Counted from the first letter of the stretch, positions 1-11,663 are shown. The stretch: DNA of 51,350 bases from Pseudomonadota bacterium (GCA_041191485.1 JBEEOS010000001.1:1-51350); one strand, 5' to 3'. Made by a program: numbers and translations. The notes: generated from the sequence alone by a model not told the origin.

Positions 1-960
<960 letters not shown>

Positions 961-1278
961 TCAACCAAAGTGGCAGATGTAGTGGTAAGCCTCGGTCACG
1001 CGGATGTCGAAGCTGGCATTGCCGGGCACGCTGAATTTCTCGCCTGCGGAGGACTTGATCCAGGTGTCAGTGCCGGCGAGTTTGTATTCGCAGGAGCCGG
1101 CCACGCATTCCATGATTTCTGGCGCGCCGGTGTTGAAGGTGAGGGTGGCGGGCAGGATCACGCCCACGGACAGCTTGGTGCCATCGGCTTGGGTCAGGCT
1201 GTGGCTGACGCACTTGCCGTCAAAGTAAACATTGGCCTTGGTGGTGACGGCCACGCCGTCGATTTTTTCGGTGCTCAT
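961..1278 (-). CDS. ppnP: pyrimidine/purine nucleoside phosphorylase (DUF1255/PpnP family)
   Basis: 105 aa from MSTEK; KANVYFDGKCVS, SVGVILP, PEIMECVAG and YICHFG motifs; 6 nt upstream of argG. Confidence 0.9.
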   Translation of the reverse strand: MSTEKIDGVAVTTKANVYFDGKCVSHSLTQADGTKLSVGVILPATLTFNTGAPEIMECVAGSCEYKLAGTDTWIKSSAGEKFSVPGNASFDIRVTEAYHYICHFG

Positions 1279-1401
1279 CAAAGGGTTCCTGTGGACTGTG
1301 CTTGCGGCCAATGAAAACGGCCCATAGCCATGCAAAGGCTAGGGGCCGCTTGCCGGGTAAACCCCCGATTTTAAGTGACTTGTGCCCGCTTGGGCCATCA
1401 A

Positions 1402-2106
1402 TCAGTGATGTTGGCGATGGTGATGGTGACGCCCGCCGCCCACGTTGAAACCAAAATGGATGCCTGAAACCGGTTGCCAAGGGCGGTAAGCGCTTGCATA
1501 AACATGTGGCGTGTGGGTCACCATAACGGGTGCGGCAGGCAAGATAACCGTCGTCCGGGAAATCGGAGCCGAAATCACTGCAGGGGCTGGCACTACGACC
1601 GGTGCTGGAATGACAGGTGCTGGAGTGACCGGTGCCCCCATGGGGGTGACTTGAAGCGCAATGGTGGGGCCCGGGTCTTGCGGCAACTGCACGCTGTATT
1701 GCTTGCCGGCGTATTCGTAGGTCACGTTGTAGCCCACCAGGCGGTTTTCATAGACGGTCTGGGTGGTGCAGGTTTGCTGGTTCTGGATCTGGTCGGGTGG
1801 GTTGCCTTCGATCTTGTCGCCGAGCATGGTGCCTCCGATGACACCTACCATGGTGGCCAAGGCGCGACCGGTGCCGTCACCAATGGCATTGCCCACGGCG
1901 CCGCCAGCTACCGCACCCATCAGCGCACCTGCGCCCGATTTCTGAGCCGGTACGGCGACTTGCGTCAGGCTGCACACCTGACGGGGAACGGCCACTTGCT
2001 GGTAGACAGCTGTGCGTGAGAGGACGCGTCCGATTTCCTGCGCTTGGGCGACCCCGGCGGCGCCCAGCGTGGTCAGCACTGCCGTGCTCAAAAGAATTTT
2101 GTTCAT
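1402..2106 (-). CDS. glycine zipper 2TM domain envelope protein
   Basis: Signal peptide MNKILLSTAVL...AQA; glycine zipper GALMGAVAGGAVGNAIGDGTGRALATMVGVIGG; GYNVTYEYAGKQY motif; Pro/Val-rich linker; His-rich C-terminus. Confidence 0.85.
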   Translation of the reverse strand: MNKILLSTAVLTTLGAAGVAQAQEIGRVLSRTAVYQQVAVPRQVCSLTQVAVPAQKSGAGALMGAVAGGAVGNAIGDGTGRALATMVGVIGGTMLGDKIEGNPPDQIQNQQTCTTQTVYENRLVGYNVTYEYAGKQYSVQLPQDPGPTIALQVTPMGAPVTPAPVIPAPVVVPAPAVISAPISRTTVILPAAPVMVTHTPHVYASAYRPWQPVSGIHFGFNVGGGRHHHHRQHH

Positions 2107-2171
2107 GGATGACGCCTTTCTCGTGTACATGTCCTGATTGTGGAAGACGAGAATGAAGCGCGAGCCCGGCG

Positions 2172-2199
2172 TTCGTAAAGTTTCGTAACCAACTGTCAA
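2172..2199 (-). promoter_or_regulatory. 10-bp-period direct repeat (GTAAA-N5-GTAAC) next to a TTGACA hexamer
   Basis: TTCGTAA at 2172-2178 and 2182-2188; TGTCAA (TTGACA on the minus strand) at 2194-2199; upstream of the glycine zipper gene. Confidence 0.4.
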
Positions 2200-2212
2200 T
2201 GGATTGGGGCAT

Positions 2213-2566
2213 TCATGCAGGCCATTGATCTGGCACAAATCCGACGGTGATCTTGCCTGATGGCCAGGCGATGATCGGGCGCTTGATCACGCTGGCCTGG
2301 GCCAGCATCAGGGCCTTGGCCGTGGCCGCATTCGTGACGCTGCCTTGAGAGGCGGCATCGAGCTTGCGCCAGGTGGTGCCTTTGCGGTTGAGCACAGTTT
2401 CCCATCCGCATGACGCCAGCCATGCGTCCAGCTGTGCTTCGGGTACGCCTTGCTTTTTGAAGTCGTGGAACACGTAGTCCAGGCCGTGCTCGGTCAGCCA
2501 GGCACGGGCTTTTTTGACGCTGTCGCAGTTGGGAATGCCGTAGACGGTGAGGGCAGTTTGTTGCAT
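2213..2566 (-). CDS. ArsC/Spx family reductase (YffB-like)
   Basis: YGIPNCDSVKKAR, HDFKKQG, LNRKGTTWRKL and IKRPII motifs. Confidence 0.9.
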   Translation of the reverse strand: MQQTALTVYGIPNCDSVKKARAWLTEHGLDYVFHDFKKQGVPEAQLDAWLASCGWETVLNRKGTTWRKLDAASQGSVTNAATAKALMLAQASVIKRPIIAWPSGKITVGFVPDQWPA

Positions 2567-2608
2567 GAATGGATTCGTTGGGATGAAGCTGGGCGACAAT
2601 CACGCCCC

Positions 2609-3901
2609 ATGAGAACTCTACAGGAATGGCTGGACTGGTGCGAGCGCCTGCACCCCGTTGCCATCGACATGGGCCTGGACCGTGTGCGCGCCGTGGCGCA
2701 GCGCATGGGGCTGGACTTTGGCCCAACCGCTGTCATCACCGTGGCGGGGACCAACGGCAAAGGCTCCACTTGCGCCATGCTGGAAGCCATTTTGCAAGAG
2801 GCGGGGTACCGCACGGGTGTGTACACCTCGCCGCATCTGGTTCATTTCGAAGAACGCTGCCGTGTGCAAGGCCAGGCTGTCCAGGCGCAAGCGCTGGCGC
2901 AGGCTTTTGAAGTGGTGGAGCAACACCGCGGCGATACCAGCCTGACTTACTTTGAATTCAGTACCCTGGCCATCCTGCACTTGCTGTCGCAGGCAGGCTT
3001 GGATGTAGCCATCCTGGAGGTGGGTTTGGGGGGGCGTCTGGATGCGGTGAATATTGTGGATGCGGACTGTGCCGTGATCACCAGCATTGACATTGACCAC
3101 GCTGCCATTTTGGGCAACGACCGTGAGACCATTGGTCGAGAGAAGGCCGGCATCATGCGCGCGGGCCGACCGGTGATTGTGAGTGACCCCGTGCCGCCAC
3201 AGAGCGTGCTTGAGCATGCCGAGCAGCTGGGCGCAGATCTGTGGCGTTTTGGTCGGGACTTCAATTTCTCCGGGGACAAACTGCAATGGAACTGGGCTGG
3301 CCGAGGCCGACGCTACAGCGGTATGGCCTACCCGGCCCTACGCGGGGCCAACCAGCTGGTCAATGCATCCGGGGTGTTGGCAGCGCTCGAAGCCTTGCGC
3401 AGCCGGGTGCCGGTGACTGCGCAGGCGGTGCGCAATGGACTGGCCATGGTGGAGTTGACCGGGCGCTTTCAGATCGTGCCGGGCGAGCCCGTGCTGGTGC
3501 TGGATGTGGCCCACAACCCCCACTCGGTGGCTGCTTTGGCCGAAAACCTGGATGCCATGGGCTTTTACCCCAACACCCGTGCGGTGTTCGGTGCCATGGC
3601 AGATAAAGACCTGGCGCCCATGCTGGCACGTTTGGCTCCCTTGATGGACCACTGGTACTTTACAGATTTGCCTTTGCCTCGTGCGGCGAAGGCGAAGGAT
3701 CTGGAACAGGCCTGGCGTGAGCAGAGCCAGCGCACCGACACCACCAGCCAGTGCTTTGCCGACCCGGCCACAGCGCTGGCCAAAGCGGTCGCTGACGCGG
3801 GGGCGGCTGATAGAATTGTCGTGTTCGGCTCTTTCTATACCGTGGGCGGGGTTTTGCACAACGGGGTGCCCCGTTTGCAGGCCAAGCACCTGGGCCCCTG
3901 A
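2609..3901 (+). CDS. folC: bifunctional folylpolyglutamate synthase/dihydrofolate synthase
   Basis: VAGTNGKGST, YTSPHL, LEVGLGGRLDAVN, DVAHNP and FGSF motifs; start taken at MRTLQEWL. Confidence 0.96.
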   Translation: MRTLQEWLDWCERLHPVAIDMGLDRVRAVAQRMGLDFGPTAVITVAGTNGKGSTCAMLEAILQEAGYRTGVYTSPHLVHFEERCRVQGQAVQAQALAQAFEVVEQHRGDTSLTYFEFSTLAILHLLSQAGLDVAILEVGLGGRLDAVNIVDADCAVITSIDIDHAAILGNDRETIGREKAGIMRAGRPVIVSDPVPPQSVLEHAEQLGADLWRFGRDFNFSGDKLQWNWAGRGRRYSGMAYPALRGANQLVNASGVLAALEALRSRVPVTAQAVRNGLAMVELTGRFQIVPGEPVLVLDVAHNPHSVAALAENLDAMGFYPNTRAVFGAMADKDLAPMLARLAPLMDHWYFTDLPLPRAAKAKDLEQAWREQSQRTDTTSQCFADPATALAKAVADAGAADRIVVFGSFYTVGGVLHNGVPRLQAKHLGP

Positions 3902-3911
3902 TCTGCACGCC

Positions 3912-4703
3912 ATGGCCTTTTTCAAGTTCCGTTTATCCCGGTCTGACCGATCTGCGACAGTCGCTGACAGCGACAGCTCTGCCGAGAATGTCGAGGCAGT
4001 GCGCCGTCGCGCGCGTTATCGCCTGATTGGCTCCGTTGTCTTGGTCACCACTGCTGTGGTGGGTTTCCCGCTGCTGTTTGACACCCAGCCCCGGCCAGTG
4101 TCGATGGACACGCCGATCGTGATCCCCTCTCGACAGGTGGCGCAAGTTGAGTCGGTGGTGGCACCTCCACAATTGCCGGCATTGCCAGCGCAAGCCGGAC
4201 TGGATGCCAAGGAAGAAGTGCTCAAGGATGAAGCCGCCAAGGTGCCAGCTGAGTCCCAGCCTGCGCAAGCGACCAAGCCGCAGGCACCCGATGCGGCGCC
4301 GGTTGAAGACAGCAAGCCCGCAGAGCTTAAGGTGCAAAAACCTGAGCAAAAGCCAGCGCAAAAGCCTGTACAGAAAAAAGAAGAATCCGCTGCAGCCAAG
4401 AGCACCAGTTTGAGCTCGGCCGAGCGTGCCAAAGCTTTGCTCGAGGGGAAAACCCCCGATGCAGATGCCGCCAAGTATTTGATTCAGGTGGGCGCCTTCA
4501 CCGAAATGGACAAGGTCAAGGAGGTACGTGCCAAGCTGGAGCGTGCCGGACTCAAGACCTACACCCAGGTCACCGACACCAAAGACGGCAAGAAGCTGGT
4601 GCGTGTGCGTCTGGGGCCTTTCAAGGGCAAGGATGAGGTTGAGAAGGCGGCAGAGCGTATTCGCAAGCTGGGCCTGAAAGCGGCCGTGCTGAAACTCGGA
4701 TGA
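3912..4703 (+). CDS. dedD: SPOR domain cell division protein (DedD-like)
   Basis: RRARYRLIGSVVL transmembrane anchor, Pro/Ala/Lys linker, C-terminal SPOR domain (IQVGAF...RVRLGPF); lies in the folC-dedD-cvpA-purF order. Confidence 0.88.
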   Translation: MAFFKFRLSRSDRSATVADSDSSAENVEAVRRRARYRLIGSVVLVTTAVVGFPLLFDTQPRPVSMDTPIVIPSRQVAQVESVVAPPQLPALPAQAGLDAKEEVLKDEAAKVPAESQPAQATKPQAPDAAPVEDSKPAELKVQKPEQKPAQKPVQKKEESAAAKSTSLSSAERAKALLEGKTPDADAAKYLIQVGAFTEMDKVKEVRAKLERAGLKTYTQVTDTKDGKKLVRVRLGPFKGKDEVEKAAERIRKLGLKAAVLKLG

Positions 4704-5194
4704 ACACCATTCCCACCACGGACTGGGTGTTGCTGGGCATTCTGGCGCTGTCCTTGTTGTTGGGTATTTGGCGCGGTTTAGTGCATGAGTTTTTTGCACT
4801 GGCAGCTTGGGCGGTGGCTTTTTTTGTGGCCCAGTGGTTTGCCCCGCTGGTCAGCACCTGGCTTCCCCTGAGCGGCATGGCGCCCACACTGCAGTACGCG
4901 GTGGCCTATGTGGTGGTGTTCATTGCCACGGTGTTTGCCGTGGGATTTGTCAGCTGGCTGGTGCGCAAGCTTTTGCATTCGGTGGGCTTGGCACCTGCTG
5001 ACCGTGCCTTGGGCGGTTTGTTTGGTTTGGTGCGGGGCGTGGTGGTGCTGTTGGCGCTGACGGTGGTGGTGCAGATGGTGGGCATGCATCAGCAGGCGTG
5101 GTGGCAACAGTCTTATGGCGCGGCAGCGCTGGAATTCATGTTGGCAGGTCTAAAACCTGTGCTCCCGGAAGAATTTGCAAGTTATTTGCCGTGA
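4700..5194 (+). CDS. cvpA: CvpA family membrane protein
   Basis: LGIWRGLVHE and DRALGGLFGLVRG motifs; immediately upstream of purF. Confidence 0.92.
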   Translation: MNTIPTTDWVLLGILALSLLLGIWRGLVHEFFALAAWAVAFFVAQWFAPLVSTWLPLSGMAPTLQYAVAYVVVFIATVFAVGFVSWLVRKLLHSVGLAPADRALGGLFGLVRGVVVLLALTVVVQMVGMHQQAWWQQSYGAAALEFMLAGLKPVLPEEFASYLP

Positions 5195-5229
5195 GTGTTG
5201 CGGCGCTTTAATACAGAACGGATAGGGCT

Positions 5230-6744
5230 ATGTGTGGAATCGTTGGGGTGGTCAGTAAAGCCCCCGTGAACCAGCTGATTTACGACGCTTTGCTGCTCCT
5301 GCAGCACCGCGGGCAGGATGCTGCAGGTATTGCAACTTTGCTCGATCGCAAGTTCTTCATGCACAAAGCCAAAGGCATGGTGCGCGATGTGTTCCGGACA
5401 CGCAACATGCGCGCGCTGCCCGGCAACAGTGGACTGGGGCAGGTTCGCTACCCTACGGCTGGCAATGCTTTCAGCGAGGAAGAGGCGCAGCCTTTTTACG
5501 TGAATGCGCCGTTTGGCATTGTCATGGTGCACAACGGCAACCTGACCAATGCGCAGGCGCTCAAGGCTGACTTGTTTTCGGTGGATCACCGACACATCAA
5601 CACCGAGAGCGACTCGGAAGTGTTGCTCAATGTGCTGGCCCACGAGCTGGAGAAGACCACACGGGGCTTGCCGCTCAAACCTGCTGATGTGTTTGCGGCC
5701 GTGCGCGGCGTGAACCAGCGGATCAAGGGGTCATATGCGGTGATTGCGCTGATCGCTGGCCATGGTCTGCTGGCCTTTCGCGACCCGCACGGCATTCGTC
5801 CCCTGTGCATGGGGCGCAGCGCCGACGGCACAGTGATGCTGGCGAGCGAGTCGGTGGCGTTGGAAGGCACGCTGCACCAGTTCGAGCGCGATGTCGCGCC
5901 AGGCGAAGCGGTGTTTGTGGACCTGCAAGGGCAGGTGCACAGCGAGATGTGTGCTGAGGGCACACAACTCAATCCCTGCATTTTTGAATTCGTTTACCTC
6001 GCTCGCCCGGACTCGACCATGGATGGCATGTCGGTGTACCAAGCGCGGCTGAACCTGGGCGAGACGCTGGCCAAGCGTGTGATCTCCACGGTGCCCCCCA
6101 ACGAGATCGATGCGGTCATTCCGATTCCTGAGTCCAGCCGGCCAAGTGCCACACAGCTGGCGCATTTGTTGGGTATTCCCTACCGCGAAGGTTTTGTGAA
6201 GAACCGTTACGTCGGGCGCACCTTCATCATGCCGGGCCAAGGTGTGCGCAAAAAGTCGGTGCGCCAGAAGCTCAACGTGATCACCAGCGAGTTCAAAGGC
6301 CGCAATGTGCTGCTGGTGGACGATTCGATCGTGCGTGGCACAACCAGCAAGGAAATTGTGCAGATGGCCCGCGATGCAGGCGCCAACAAAGTCTACATGG
6401 CCAGCGCTGCGCCGCCAGTGCGTTTCCCTAACGTGTATGGCATTGACATGCCCACCAAGGACGAGCTTGTGGCCCATGGCCGCACGGTCGAGGAAATCCG
6501 CGAGATCATTGGCTGTGACGCGCTGATCTATCAGGATGTCGAGGCCATGAAGCAAGCTGTGGCCAAGGCACGTGTGAACACCCAGAGCGCGCTCAACGGG
6601 TTTGATGCGTCGTGTTTTGACGGTGTCTATTGCACGGGTGATGTGTCGGCGGACGATATCGCGCGCATCAATGAAAACCGCCTCCAGGTGGAAGAGGGCG
6701 ATGCAGACCATTCGCGCCTGTCTTTGCCCAATGCTACGGAGTAA
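5230..6744 (+). CDS. purF: amidophosphoribosyltransferase
   Basis: N-terminal MCGIVG (Ntn Cys), LQHRGQDAAG, HNGNLTN and PRPP loop VLLVDDSIVRGTT. Confidence 0.98.
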   Translation: MCGIVGVVSKAPVNQLIYDALLLLQHRGQDAAGIATLLDRKFFMHKAKGMVRDVFRTRNMRALPGNSGLGQVRYPTAGNAFSEEEAQPFYVNAPFGIVMVHNGNLTNAQALKADLFSVDHRHINTESDSEVLLNVLAHELEKTTRGLPLKPADVFAAVRGVNQRIKGSYAVIALIAGHGLLAFRDPHGIRPLCMGRSADGTVMLASESVALEGTLHQFERDVAPGEAVFVDLQGQVHSEMCAEGTQLNPCIFEFVYLARPDSTMDGMSVYQARLNLGETLAKRVISTVPPNEIDAVIPIPESSRPSATQLAHLLGIPYREGFVKNRYVGRTFIMPGQGVRKKSVRQKLNVITSEFKGRNVLLVDDSIVRGTTSKEIVQMARDAGANKVYMASAAPPVRFPNVYGIDMPTKDELVAHGRTVEEIREIIGCDALIYQDVEAMKQAVAKARVNTQSALNGFDASCFDGVYCTGDVSADDIARINENRLQVEEGDADHSRLSLPNATE

Positions 6745-6750
6745 GGGCCC

Positions 6751-7962
6751 ATGAGTTCATCTTCATCCCCTTCCGGTTTGCACCGCGACACGCTGGCCGT
6801 GCGTGCTGCCGTTGAGCGCAGCGCTTATGGCGAAAACTCGGAGGCGCTGTACCTCACCAGCGGCTATGTGCAGCCCAGCGCCGAGGCTTCGGCAGCCCGC
6901 TTTGCAGGCGAAGAAGATGGCTACACCTACGGCCGATCGGGCAATCCGACGGTCAGCAGCATGGAGCTGAGGCTGGCGGCGCTGGAAGGTGCCGAAGCCG
7001 CTTTGGCCACCAGCAGCGGCATGTCGGCCATCCTGCTCATGCTGCTGAGCTTGCTCAAGGCAGGTGACCATGTGGTGTATTCGCAGTCCATGTTTGGCTC
7101 CACCATCAAACTGATTGGTTCGGAGTTTGCGCGCTTTGGTGTGACGTCCACAGCCGTGCCGCAAACCGATCTGGACGCCTGGCGCGCCGCCATCACGCCC
7201 AACACCAAGCTGTTGTTTGCCGAGACACCGACCAACCCTTTGACCGAGGTGTGTGACATGGCCGCTTTGGCCGAGATGGCGCACGCCGCGGGTGCCTTGT
7301 TGGCGGTGGACAATTGCTTTGCCACGCCTGCCTTGCAACGCCCGATCGAGTGGGGCGCTGACATCGTCATGCACTCGGGCACCAAATACCTGGATGGGCA
7401 AGGCCGTGTCATGGCCGGGGCGTTGTGCACCACCGAGCAATTGGTCAAGGAAAAGCTGTTGCCTGTCATCAAAAATGCAGGCATGGTGCTCTCGCCTTTC
7501 AATGCCTGGGTGGTGCTCAAGGGGATGGAGACGCTGGACATCCGCATGCGTGCGCAAAGTGAGCGTGCACACGCACTGGCACAAGCGCTCGAAGAGCACC
7601 CCGCCGTGGCCCGGGTGTACTACCCTGGTTTGCCCAGCCACCCACAGCACGCGCTGGCCATGCGTCAGATGGGCGGTTGTGGTGGTGCGCTGTTGTCGTT
7701 CGAGCTCAAGGCCGATGCGCCTGAGTCAGCACGCGCTCGGGCTTTTCATGTGCTCAACCAGCTGCAAACCTTGTCGTTGTGCACGAATCTGGGCGACACC
7801 AAGACCTTGCTGACACACCCGGCCAGCACCTCCCATGGCAAGCTGGCCGAAGCCCAGCGGCAGGCTGCGGGCATTGGCCAGGGCCTGATCCGTGTGGCGG
7901 TCGGCCTGGAACACCTTGACGATATTCGCGCCGACCTGTGGCGCGGCCTCGATACCCTTTGA
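6751..7962 (+). CDS. metZ: O-succinylhomoserine sulfhydrylase
   Basis: Cys/Met metabolism PLP family motifs ([45 protein letters not shown]); follows purF. Confidence 0.9.
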   Translation: MSSSSSPSGLHRDTLAVRAAVERSAYGENSEALYLTSGYVQPSAEASAARFAGEEDGYTYGRSGNPTVSSMELRLAALEGAEAALATSSGMSAILLMLLSLLKAGDHVVYSQSMFGSTIKLIGSEFARFGVTSTAVPQTDLDAWRAAITPNTKLLFAETPTNPLTEVCDMAALAEMAHAAGALLAVDNCFATPALQRPIEWGADIVMHSGTKYLDGQGRVMAGALCTTEQLVKEKLLPVIKNAGMVLSPFNAWVVLKGMETLDIRMRAQSERAHALAQALEEHPAVARVYYPGLPSHPQHALAMRQMGGCGGALLSFELKADAPESARARAFHVLNQLQTLSLCTNLGDTKTLLTHPASTSHGKLAEAQRQAAGIGQGLIRVAVGLEHLDDIRADLWRGLDTL

Positions 7963-7967
7963 AAAGA

Positions 7968-9347
7968 ATGAACAAAATCCGCACGCGTATTGCGCCTTCG
8001 CCCACGGGCTTTCTGCATTTGGGCACTGCCCGTACCGCTCTGTATTCATGGGCTTATGCCCGCCACTACGGTGGTGAGTTTGTCTTGCGCATCGAAGACA
8101 CCGATGTGGCCCGCTCCACGCAGGACTCGGTGGACCAGATCCTGCAGTCCATGCACTGGTTGGGCTTGGGCTACGACGAGGGCCCGGTCTACCAGATGCA
8201 GCGTCTGGACCGCTACCAGACCGTGATTGACCAGATGCTCGCCGCAGGCACCGCCTACCGTTGCTACTGCACGCCCGAAGACCTGGAGGCCATGAAGGCC
8301 GCCCAGGAAGCGCGTGGCGAAAAGCGTCTGTACGACCGCACCTGGCGCCCGGCGCCGGGCAAGGTGCTGCCGCCGATTCCCGAAGGCGTCAAGCCCGTGA
8401 TCCGCTTTGCCAACCCGGTCGATGGCGTGGTGAGTTGGGACGATCTGGTCAAAGGCCCGATCAGCATCAGCAACACCGAGATCGACGACCTGATCATTCA
8501 GAGGGCGGACGGCGTGCCCACTTACAACTTTGCGGTGGTGGTGGACGACTGGGACATGGTCATCAGCCATGTGTTCCGTGGGGATGAGCACATCAACAAC
8601 ACGCCCTGGCAGATCAACATCTACCGCGCTTTGGGCGCAGCGTTGCCGCATTTCGGTCACCTACCGGTCATTTTGGGTGACAACGGCCAGAAACTGTCCA
8701 AGCGCCGTGGGGCCGTGGCGGTGTCCAACTACGACGAAGCGGGTTACCTGCCCGAGGCCATGAACAATTACCTGGCCCGCCTGGGCTGGAGCCACGGCGA
8801 CGACGAGATCTTCAGCCTGGATCAGATGGTGCAGTGGTTTGACGGCACGCACCTGTCCAAGAGCCCTGCGCAGTGGGATGCGGCCAAGCTGCTGTGGGTG
8901 AATGCCCAGCACCTCAAAGCCATGCCTGATGCAGAACTCGCCAAGCGTGTGCAGCCGCACCTCAAGGGTTTGGCCACAGATGATCGCTTGGTCGGGATTT
9001 GCGGACTGTTCAAGGACCGCTGTGACACCCTGGTTGCATTGGCAGGTTGGGTGCGGGCTTTCTACGAGGATGTGCAGCCCAAGGCTGAAGACCTGGCGCA
9101 GCATGTTACCCCCGCAGTTGTCCCTGCGCTGGAGTTGCTGGCATCCAGTCTCCAGATGGTGGAGTGGACGGCACCTGCCATCAGTGCTGCTTTCAAGCAG
9201 GTGCTGACCGAAGCTGGCCTGAAAATGCCCCAGCTGGCCATGCCTGTTCGTGTGCTGGTCATGGGCACGCCGCAGACGCCATCGGTTGACCAGGTGCTTT
9301 TCCTGTGCGGACGTGAAAAAGTTTTGGGGCGGCTTGCAAAACGCTAA
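7968..9347 (+). CDS. gltX: glutamate--tRNA ligase
   Basis: [15 protein letters not shown] (HIGH motif), [18 protein letters not shown] and KLSKR (KMSKS motif). Confidence 0.97.
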   Translation: MNKIRTRIAPSPTGFLHLGTARTALYSWAYARHYGGEFVLRIEDTDVARSTQDSVDQILQSMHWLGLGYDEGPVYQMQRLDRYQTVIDQMLAAGTAYRCYCTPEDLEAMKAAQEARGEKRLYDRTWRPAPGKVLPPIPEGVKPVIRFANPVDGVVSWDDLVKGPISISNTEIDDLIIQRADGVPTYNFAVVVDDWDMVISHVFRGDEHINNTPWQINIYRALGAALPHFGHLPVILGDNGQKLSKRRGAVAVSNYDEAGYLPEAMNNYLARLGWSHGDDEIFSLDQMVQWFDGTHLSKSPAQWDAAKLLWVNAQHLKAMPDAELAKRVQPHLKGLATDDRLVGICGLFKDRCDTLVALAGWVRAFYEDVQPKAEDLAQHVTPAVVPALELLASSLQMVEWTAPAISAAFKQVLTEAGLKMPQLAMPVRVLVMGTPQTPSVDQVLFLCGREKVLGRLAKR

Positions 9348-9363
9348 AAAACTTGTCTATAAT
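9334..9363 (+). promoter_or_regulatory. sigma70-type promoter of the tRNA operon
   Basis: TTGCAA (9334-9339), 18-nt spacer, TATAAT (9358-9363); about 60 nt upstream of tRNA-Ala. Confidence 0.7.
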
Positions 9364-9423
9364 TCAAGTCTCGACACCAACGAGGTGTAACGCAAAGCAG
9401 CAATGCAGAGTGTGAAGCCAAAT

Positions 9424-9499
<76 letters not shown>

Positions 9500-9537
9500 A
9501 AAGTGTCGAACGTTTCGCAAGAAACAGTCCAGGTTTT

Positions 9538-9613
9538 GACCCTATCGTCTAGAGGCCTAGGACATCACCCTTTCACGGTGAGTACCGGGGTTCGAATCCC
9601 CGTAGGGTCGCCA
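9538..9613 (+). tRNA. tRNA-Glu(TTC)
   Basis: Acceptor stem GACCCTA/TAGGGTC, anticodon loop CTTTCAC, GGTTCGAATCC, CCA end. Confidence 0.97.
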
Positions 9614-9662
9614 AGTTTGTAGCACTTGGCTGCAACGCAAGTTGTAGCAAAGCTATCTACCA

Positions 9663-9739
9663 GGAGTGGTAGTTCAGTTGGTTAGAATACCGGCCTGTCA
9701 CGCCGGGGGTCGCGGGTTCGAGTCCCGTCCACTCCGCCA
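9663..9739 (+). tRNA. tRNA-Asp(GTC)
   Basis: GGAGTGG/CCACTCC acceptor stem, CCGGC-CTGTCAC-GCCGG anticodon arm, GGTTCGAGTCC, CCA end. Confidence 0.97.
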
Positions 9740-9745
9740 AAAGTT

Positions 9746-9780
9746 AAAAAGCCGTTGATTCGTCAACGGCTTTTTCTTTT
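9746..9780 (+). terminator. intrinsic (likely bidirectional) terminator after the tRNA operon
   Basis: AAAAAGCCGTTGA-TTCG-TCAACGGCTTTTT followed by a T-run. Confidence 0.9.
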
Positions 9781-9815
9781 TCCCCCACGAAAATGACGGC
9801 AGCCTATCCGTCAAG

Positions 9816-9839
9816 CAGCCTGCGTTTGCACGCAGGCTG
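9816..9839 (-). terminator. perfect 10-bp hairpin downstream of the monooxygenase gene
   Basis: CAGCCTGCGT-TTGC-ACGCAGGCTG (GCAA loop on the minus strand); no long U-tract. Confidence 0.5.
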
Positions 9840-9868
9840 TTGTCGGTGCCGAAAGCTGGCTTACAGCC

Positions 9869-11663
9869 TTAGCGCAGCACGCCAGCAAAATAAGTCGACA
9901 GTTCATCCCTTGCGCTCAAAGGCAGAACGTGGGCAACGTATTGGTCGGGGCGCACCACGATCATGCAGCCTTGCTGGCGGTCAATCCCACGCATGTCGTA
10001 AATGTTGCCGACGCCTTTGTGGTCTGTGCAGAAGATTTTTTCGTGGTCCTGCAAGCCCAGTTTGCCGGTATGCGGCTTGAACAAGGACGGCATGTCGCCA
10101 TAGTTCAATTGGTCAAAGGTCGGCTGGAATATGGCGCGCACATCGATGATGGCGTCGATGTCTTCACCGCCACGGGTGTGTTTGACCACGGGTGAATTCG
10201 GGTGCGTTTCTAGCCAGTCGGCCAGTTGCGCCATGGGGGCGCCGGCCTGTCCCACATCTCCTGCGCCCGCGAAGGCGTAAATCCGCCAGCGGGCATCGGC
10301 CTGTGCGATATGGCCCAGCTGCATTTGCTTGGCATCTGACAGACGTACCACCGGGGCGGAGTGGAAACGTCGGCCGATTTCTTCGCCTTTGGCCAGCGCT
10401 TGGTGGGCGGATAAGGCAAACAGGTAAGAGGTGTCGTACTTGACAGCGGTGCCGCCAGTGAATTCAAGGTTGGCTTTGAATTGTCGGATGATGCGCGGCT
10501 CTTGCGTGCCATCGCGCTCAGCCTGGGTGGTGGGGGCGGACATGATGCGTGACCATTCGTGGTCGGTTTCCACCAGGCGTTTGGCTTCGGTCAGGCGCTC
10601 TTTGGAGTAGCTGCGCAGCAAGCTGGCATCAGCCCGGCCCTGAAGTACATGCACCATTTTCCAGCCCAGGTTGAAGGTGTCCTGCATGGACACATTCATG
10701 CCTTGGCCTGCTTTGGGCGAGTGGGTGTGACAAGCATCGCCTGCCGTGAACACGCGTGGGTTGCCTCTGCCGTTTTCGCCGATGTCGTCGAATTTGTCGG
10801 TGATGCTGTGGCCGATGTCGTAGATGGACCACCAGACCACTTCTTTCACGTCAATCGAGTACGGTTTGATGATGCGGTTGGCGGCCGCAATCATGTCATG
10901 CTGGGTGAGCTTGCGCTGAGCTGCTTTTTCGTCAGGACGCAGTTTGTCCAGTTCCACGTACATGCGGAAAATATAACCACCTTCGCGTGGCAGGATCAGG
11001 ACATTGCCTTCATTGGCGGAGGAGATCAGGCATTTCTGGCGCACATCCGGAAAGTCGGTGTTGGCCAAAATGTCCATCACCCCCCAGGCCTGGTGGGCGG
11101 CGTCGCCATGCAATTCACCGCCAATGGCTTTACGTACTTTGGAGTGCGCCCCGTCACAGCCCACCACATAGTTGGCGCGCACGGTTCGCGTGGCCCACCA
11201 ATTGATGCCCGTAGCGTCCTTGAGGGTGACCGTCACGGGGTATTCCGTAGCATTCGGGTCAATGGTCAGGCTTTCCACTTCCCAGCCATAGTCAGGCTCC
11301 AGGCGTGAAGGCGAATTCTTCATGACCTCCAGGAACAGCTCATGCAAGCGGGCCTGGTTGATCAGGATGTGCGGCATTTCGGAGCTGTCATCGGCCACGT
11401 CCTGTACGCGGCCCACGCGCTTGATGTGTTCGGGATTCTTGGGGTCGGGCATCCAGAAATTGGTCTGGTTGACCCAATAGGTTTCGCGCTTGACCTTGTC
11501 GGCAAAGCCAAAGGCCTGGAACATTTCCATGGTGGCCGGTGCCGGAAATCAGTACGTCGACTTTTTCGGGCAGAGGCTCGTTGATGCCCCGGTTGCGGCG
11601 ATTCGGTGCGGCAGGCTTGATGTCCGGATTGCCGCCGCGAAAACCGTCTTTGTAGAACTGCAT
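9869..11663 (-). pseudogene. FAD-dependent monooxygenase of the 3-hydroxybenzoate 4-hydroxylase (MobA)/phenol 2-monooxygenase family, frameshifted by an internal deletion at about 11534
   Basis: The N-terminus MQFYKDGFRGGNP...KVDVLISGTG (from 11663) and the body TMEMFQAF...VVGCDGAHS...VFTAGDACHTHSPKAGQGMNVSMQDTFNLGWK...VVRPDQYVA are in different frames. The second half of GxGxxG and the following ~39 residues are absent. Confidence 0.85.

Noticed and set aside
4330-4380. Short repeated QKP units in dedD
   Set aside because: Ordinary low-complexity linker coding sequence, not a DNA repeat element or CRISPR.
11520-11545. Programmed frameshift in the monooxygenase
   Set aside because: No slippery sequence, and ~39 conserved residues are physically missing, so recoding could not restore the protein.
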